DNA of 22,864 nucleotides from Candidatus Hydrogenedentota bacterium (GTDB lineage Bacteria > Hydrogenedentota > Hydrogenedentia > Hydrogenedentales > SLHB01). This document shows positions 18,390-22,864 of the stretch, one piece after another. The notes below the pieces were generated by a model. It had not been told where the DNA came from. It was given only the letters and a program-made list of their open reading frames with translations, and searched no databases. Position numbers and translations under genes: made by a program. Positions within the stretch are counted from its first letter, which is position 1; every line of letters begins with the position of its first letter. The stretch lies in contig BTVY01000071.1 in the NCBI GenBank assembly GCA_045863335.1, forward strand, positions 1-22,864. The letters are read 5' to 3'.

Positions 18390-18543
18390 GTAGGAGGGCG
18401 GGTTTTCCAACCCGCCACAGTCGCCACTCAATTGGGAATCTAAACGAGAAAGCGGGACCGGTTACCATGACCCGCTTCCGGTAAGGGATCCGCGTACTGA
18501 CACGCAATCATTGGCGTGGCGGGTTGGAAAACCCGCCCTCCTA
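18390..18543. repeat. Inverted pair of REP-like palindromes (REPIN-like)
   Basis: TAGGAGGGCGGGTTTTCCAACCCGCCAC (18391-18418, preceded by G to give GTAG) and its exact reverse complement at 18516-18543; each copy has a GGCGGG/CCCGCC hairpin; 97-bp spacer. Confidence 0.85.
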
Positions 18544-18606
18544 TGCACCTTCGTTCGGGATGCCGAATGGAGGCGGAGCGCGGAACGATCATGGGGGAAA
18601 TGAATC

Positions 18607-19767
18607 TTGAATCATCACATTTCACGCCGCGCCTTTTTGAAGTCTTCCGCATTGGGCGTTGCTTTTGCCGCGGCCGGTTGCGTCACGGCCCCGGTAGAGG
18701 TCTTGGGGCCATTCTCCTGGAGCCCCACGCTTGAAACGTATCGCGATGAGAGAACCGGCGCCCTGGTGCGCTGTCTAACCAGCGATGCGGCACGGGACGA
18801 AGTGATCTACCAGACCCACCCCATGTGGGCGGAGGGAATGGAGTATCTCGTGTTCTATTCCGATCGGAGCGGCGGGGGCATGCAACCGCACGTCCTGGAG
18901 TCGCGCACGGGTACCGTCCGCCCGTTGGCCGGCCATCCTATCGGTGATAACGTGGTGGCGCGGAAGAGCCCCGCGATCTATGCCCTTCGTGACAATGCGA
19001 TCTACGCGTTTGACGCGTTGCGTGCCTTTCATGAAGGCGCGCCAGGCAAATGGGTGGCCGATTGGCCCGCGGGCGTCGGGCATCAAGGCATGTTTTCGTT
19101 GGACGCGACTGAGCGGGTCTTGTACGGCGGCGCGACGTTCGAGCCGGAGAAGCGGTGGGGAATCGTCGCGCTGGATCTCCCGCGCGGAACCTGGCGGACC
19201 GTGGTCGAGGTGGACTTTCTCGTAGGCCACGTCCAGGCCCATCCCGAGATCCCCGGCCTGGTCAGTTTCTGTTGGGAAACCGGCGGCGATGCGCCGCAAC
19301 GCATGTGGACTGTCGATGCGAAAGAGGGCGAGCCGCGACCGATCTATCAAGAAACCTACGAGGAGTGGGTCACCCACGAGGTCTGGTGGGGACCGAACCA
19401 GATGCTCTTCACGATATGGCCCTACGACGATGCCCACAAAACCCAGCCTCACGGCGTCGCGGTGGTGGACTATCCGTCCGGCGATCATCGCATCGTGTAC
19501 CAGATGCCCGCGTGGCACACGGCGGGAAGTCCGGATCGCCGCTGGGTCATGGCCGACGATTTCGACCGCAACCTCTGGCTCATCGATCCCCGCACGGGTG
19601 AACGCCGTTTGCTCACGCAAGGCCATAACACCAAGGGCGTCGACACCCATCCCCACGCGTCCTTCACGCCGGACAGCAAGGGGATCGTCTTTACTTCCAG
19701 CAAGTTCGGCAACGCGGATGTGTTCCACGTCGAAATCCCGGAGTGGGAGTCGTTGCCCGCGGAATAG
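18607..19767 (+). CDS. Tat-exported lipoprotein, oligogalacturonate lyase/TolB-like beta-propeller
   Basis: SRRAFLK twin-arginine motif, AAGC lipobox; D..TG..V..LT, Y.THPMW, GHVQAHP, FCWETGG, WVTHEVW, HPHASFTPD. TTG start. Confidence 0.85.
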   Translation: MNHHISRRAFLKSSALGVAFAAAGCVTAPVEVLGPFSWSPTLETYRDERTGALVRCLTSDAARDEVIYQTHPMWAEGMEYLVFYSDRSGGGMQPHVLESRTGTVRPLAGHPIGDNVVARKSPAIYALRDNAIYAFDALRAFHEGAPGKWVADWPAGVGHQGMFSLDATERVLYGGATFEPEKRWGIVALDLPRGTWRTVVEVDFLVGHVQAHPEIPGLVSFCWETGGDAPQRMWTVDAKEGEPRPIYQETYEEWVTHEVWWGPNQMLFTIWPYDDAHKTQPHGVAVVDYPSGDHRIVYQMPAWHTAGSPDRRWVMADDFDRNLWLIDPRTGERRLLTQGHNTKGVDTHPHASFTPDSKGIVFTSSKFGNADVFHVEIPEWESLPAE

Positions 19768-19796
19768 CCCCGCTGGTAGCGCTCCTTCGCGGAAGC

Positions 19797-20483
19797 TCAG
19801 TCGCTGTTCGACTCCGCCTGTTCCTGCAACCGCCATTTGACGTTGTGGGGTTCGCGGAGGTCGTCGAACCGCACCGTGGGGCAGTACCCGCCGCTTTTGA
19901 CCGTGGCGCGGTTTGCTGGTTCAGCGAGGAGGATCTCGGTGTTGGGCGGGAACACCATGGACACCGTGTTTTCTGGTCCGAGCGCGGTGTTGTTGTGGAA
20001 GACCCAATCGCCGTTTTCCTCTTTGTAGATACCCCATTGCTGTCCTTCGTGGGCCATCGTTTCCGGATGCAGATTGCGGACCCAGACGGTGTACCTAATC
20101 CAGTCCCGCCGATCGACGGGCGTGCGCAGTTTGGCTTCGTAGCGCCACAGGCGATCCCCGGCTTTCACCGCCTGCCAATCCAGTTCATTGCCGTATTCGT
20201 CATACCACTGCATCTGGTCCCGGCCCAGTTCAAAGCCGTCGTATAGGTGAACCGTCCGGACCGGAACGTCTTGCCAGTTCTTCTGCTCCACGTGGAACGC
20301 GCTGGTTACCGAGGAGTCTTCGGCGAACCAGTAGGTCGCCTCCGCGCGGCCGTCGAAGACCTTGCGGGCGTTTTGCCAGACCCAGAATTCCGCGGCCCCG
20401 ACGGCGGGAATGGCAATAGCCGCCGAGCAAAGATACCCCAGCGTTTTCATGGAAACACGATTTAACAGGCTACGCATCGACAT
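19797..20483 (-). CDS. Hypothetical exported protein, third gene of the ECF operon
   Basis: GGAGG ribosome-binding site; N-terminal basic + hydrophobic signal-like segment; overlaps the upstream gene by 14 nt. Confidence 0.75.
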   Translation of the reverse strand: MSMRSLLNRVSMKTLGYLCSAAIAIPAVGAAEFWVWQNARKVFDGRAEATYWFAEDSSVTSAFHVEQKNWQDVPVRTVHLYDGFELGRDQMQWYDEYGNELDWQAVKAGDRLWRYEAKLRTPVDRRDWIRYTVWVRNLHPETMAHEGQQWGIYKEENGDWVFHNNTALGPENTVSMVFPPNTEILLAEPANRATVKSGGYCPTVRFDDLREPHNVKWRLQEQAESNSD

Positions 20484-20889
20484 GGTCGGTACCTCCCTCG
20501 CCTTCGCTCGCGGTGGGCGACATTGCGTCCAAGCGCGCGGCGATTTGGGACAACTGCAGTTGCACTTGCTTGATCTCTTTTGATGTGGCCATGCGGCTGT
20601 CGACGACCCAATACCAGAGTTTCAACAGGACGCTAGATTCCAGGCCGATCATCAGCAGGAAAAAGCCCAAGAGCATTTCCCGGGTGTCGCCTGCGTGGGC
20701 AATCCACCATGCGCCGAAGTAGAGAAATCCGGTGCAGACCAACAACGACAGCGTCAGCCGGACCATCATCTTTTTGCGCTGGTAGTCGAACTCCTCGACC
20801 ACCTTGCGCCGCGCGTCTTCGTCGGGCGCGTCGTCCAACTCCATGACGCCCCAGATGAAGTCGTGCAACCGCCGTTCTCCGTTTTTCAT
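20470..20889 (-). CDS. Two-TM membrane protein, probable anti-sigma factor
   Basis: ATG 20889 overlaps the sigma stop (ATGA); two hydrophobic helices; LKLWYW...KEIKQVQLQL tail (DUF6768-like from memory). Confidence 0.75.
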   Translation of the reverse strand: MKNGERRLHDFIWGVMELDDAPDEDARRKVVEEFDYQRKKMMVRLTLSLLVCTGFLYFGAWWIAHAGDTREMLLGFFLLMIGLESSVLLKLWYWVVDSRMATSKEIKQVQLQLSQIAARLDAMSPTASEGEGGTDHVDA

Positions 20890-21431
20890 GGCGTCGTTTC
20901 CTCCAGGCGCCGGCGCAAGTGTTGCCGGCAATGGTACAGGCGGGACTTCACCGTGCCCGGGGATATCCCCAGCACGTCCGCAATCTCCGCCACGCTCAAC
21001 TGTTCGTAGTAATAAAGGCTGACCAGCGCGCGCTGTTCCGGCGTCAATACGGTAAGCGCCGTCTCCAATGCGGCGTCTTGTCCATCCGCGCGCGTGCGCG
21101 GCGGCGGCGCGTTGGCTATCTCCTCAAAGGTCCGATCCCGTTTCCTGCGCCGCTGCTGCTTGCGGATCCAGTCGATGGCCTTGCCGTGCAGAATCCGAAA
21201 GGCCCACGCCGGGAACGCCACCGGGTCGTCCAAGTGGCCCAGGTTGCGGACCATGGCCATCCAGGCGTCCTGGGCCACGTCCCGCGCCGCTTCCCCGTCG
21301 CCGGTCAAGGCACATGCCTGCCGCACCAGCCGGGGATGCCAGCGCCGCACCAATTCGTCCAACGCCCCCGCGTCCCCCGCCTGGCTAGCCGCCACGAGCC
21401 ATTCGTCGTACAGCTTGTCCCGCTGGTCCAT
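20886..21431 (-). CDS. ECF RNA polymerase sigma factor
   Basis: GDAGALDELVRRW, ARDVAQDAW, FPAWAFRI, AIDWIRK; region 4 LYYYEQLSVAEIADVLGISPGTVKSRLYHCR. ATG 21431 preferred. Confidence 0.95.
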   Translation of the reverse strand: MDQRDKLYDEWLVAASQAGDAGALDELVRRWHPRLVRQACALTGDGEAARDVAQDAWMAMVRNLGHLDDPVAFPAWAFRILHGKAIDWIRKQQRRRKRDRTFEEIANAPPPRTRADGQDAALETALTVLTPEQRALVSLYYYEQLSVAEIADVLGISPGTVKSRLYHCRQHLRRRLEETTP

Positions 21432-21438
21432 ACATATA

Positions 21439-21466
21439 AAGGTCGCGCGAAGAGGGGGGCGGTTCA
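21439..21466 (-). promoter_or_regulatory. Putative autoregulated ECF promoter
   Basis: TGAACC-N16-GACCTT ending 7 nt before the sigma ATG; GAAC-type -35 typical of ECF promoters; no Shine-Dalgarno. Confidence 0.55.
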
Positions 21467-21559
21467 ATCGGGGGGGCGGTGAGGGGGGGAGATGAGTCCC
21501 TTGGCATTAATAAGCAATGAAATTCATACTGTCATGCCGTGCAAGTAAAGATCCCAGCG

Positions 21560-21568
21560 TGCTATCAT
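21560..21568 (+). promoter_or_regulatory. Extended -10 promoter for the KAP NTPase (leaderless geometry)
   Basis: TGcTATCAT followed by 6 nt and then ATG 21575. Confidence 0.5.
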
Positions 21569-21574
21569 TGCAAC

Positions 21575-22831
21575 ATGAGCGAAGATGGTACATATTCTCC
21601 GGTGATATCGCGCCTAACTTGGAAAGTGATTGCGTTTTGGGCTGATCGGTTTATCTTGCTGGTCACCGGATTGGTCGTCTGTCTCGTCGCTGAACCACTG
21701 CTTTCTAGAGCCGCCGAGTACGTTGCGGAGCTGCTGGAACCACATGTCTTGTTCATCAAAATCTTTGCTGTGGCAATAGCCAGCGCGACCACTTGGCACG
21801 TGGCGACGTTGCCCGGTGGTTTCTATATGCGGCAGTTTCGCCATTGCTGGAAGGTTCCGCCCATATGGGTTTTGGCATTGGTAGGGTGTGTAATCTATCT
21901 ACCCGTAGCGCCCGCACGTGCGGTCTCCAGCATTTCTGCCCCTGAAGCAGGCGATATTTGGACAAGTTTCGCGTTTGTTGCGCTTTGCGGACCTGCTCTT
22001 GCATATGTGTTGCGATGGATCACACACCCTACCAAATCGAATCCGACGCATCGAAAACAGCTTACACCAGCCGCTGTCGCTAAACCCGCGGTGCTCAAGG
22101 ATGAGGAATATCACTCGTGGCTAGAAAGCGAGAATCCGATTTCAGAGGTAAAATACGACTTCTTTGATGCCGCGACAGTTGCGCGTCGGATTAGCCGGTT
22201 ACTTGTTCAAAGTCCGCCGAAGAACGTTGGCCTTATTGGTCCTTTCGGCTCCGGTAAGAGTAGCATTTGCGACCTCGTTTGTGGGTTTCTTCTGAATCCG
22301 GATACAAAGAATTCCAGTGACGGTAATCAAACCTCGAACGCCAGGAAACTGCCGATCATCTGTCGTGTGGAGGGTTGGGGGTTTCGCGAAGGTTCAGCGG
22401 CGCTGCACATTTTGAAGTCCATGGTCAGCCGACTTTCCTGTGAAGTGGATTGTATCAGTCTTGCTAAGCTTCCTAATGAATATGTAGCGGTTCTTCGAGA
22501 GATTCCAAGTGGTTTCAGTCGAGTGGCGACGGGATGGCTGAGTCGACCAGAAGATCCAGAGGCGATTCTACTTCGCTTTGACGATCTTCTTGAGCGCGCA
22601 GGTTTGCGGTTCCTGGTGATCCTAGAGGATTTGGACCGAAATGCTGACGCCAACCAGGGGATCCTCTGCGACGAAATCTATCCCCTCCTTGACCGGATGT
22701 GTCGGTTGGAAAGAGTATCATTTCTGTTCGCTGTCGGCCATCACGGCAGTGAACTCGCTAACTTGGTAAGACTGGCGGGCCACCTGGAAGCGGTCCCTGC
22801 ACTTCTGAGGGCTCTGTTGCAAAAATCGTGA
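21575..22831 (+). CDS. KAP-family P-loop NTPase with N-terminal transmembrane helices (possibly truncated)
   Basis: About four hydrophobic segments; WL.SE.PI...DFF motif; Walker A GLIGPFGSGKSS; VEGWG; Walker B FLVILEDLDR; lower GC than its neighbours. Confidence 0.8.
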   Translation: MSEDGTYSPVISRLTWKVIAFWADRFILLVTGLVVCLVAEPLLSRAAEYVAELLEPHVLFIKIFAVAIASATTWHVATLPGGFYMRQFRHCWKVPPIWVLALVGCVIYLPVAPARAVSSISAPEAGDIWTSFAFVALCGPALAYVLRWITHPTKSNPTHRKQLTPAAVAKPAVLKDEEYHSWLESENPISEVKYDFFDAATVARRISRLLVQSPPKNVGLIGPFGSGKSSICDLVCGFLLNPDTKNSSDGNQTSNARKLPIICRVEGWGFREGSAALHILKSMVSRLSCEVDCISLAKLPNEYVAVLREIPSGFSRVATGWLSRPEDPEAILLRFDDLLERAGLRFLVILEDLDRNADANQGILCDEIYPLLDRMCRLERVSFLFAVGHHGSELANLVRLAGHLEAVPALLRALLQKS

Positions 22832-22864
22832 AGCTTGAGCATGCTTGGCGGAGATTGGACGGAC

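Noticed and set aside
22829-22864. Selenocysteine readthrough of the KAP TGA
   Set aside because: No evident SECIS hairpin or redox motif, and too little downstream sequence to judge.

Overview
GC-rich bacterial chromosomal window. Lineage is uncertain; the C-terminal tail of the Ig-like protein recalls Candidatus Hydrogenedentota proteins, but that is from memory. It opens on what looks like the terminal end of an IS1202/ISNCY-type insertion sequence. A + strand, mostly housekeeping block follows: cysC, a 777-aa acidic scaffold-like protein with two Hpt-like helical domains and a long coiled coil, a divergent ftsA without ftsQ/ftsZ, glgP, aroF-scpB-rluB and a metallophosphoesterase. The - strand then carries a REC-GGDEF diguanylate cyclase with its PAS/GAF histidine kinase, a secreted Ig-like protein with a Cys-GD-TM-basic tail, and an atypical PHP protein. 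The accessory right third holds a zeta-toxin-like kinase plus small partner, an inverted REP pair, a Tat lipoprotein beta-propeller, an ECF sigma operon and a low-GC membrane-anchored KAP NTPase. The best candidates for undescribed biology are the scaffold + orphan FtsA pair and the putative C-terminal sorting signal. All calls come from reading motifs by eye; no searches were run.
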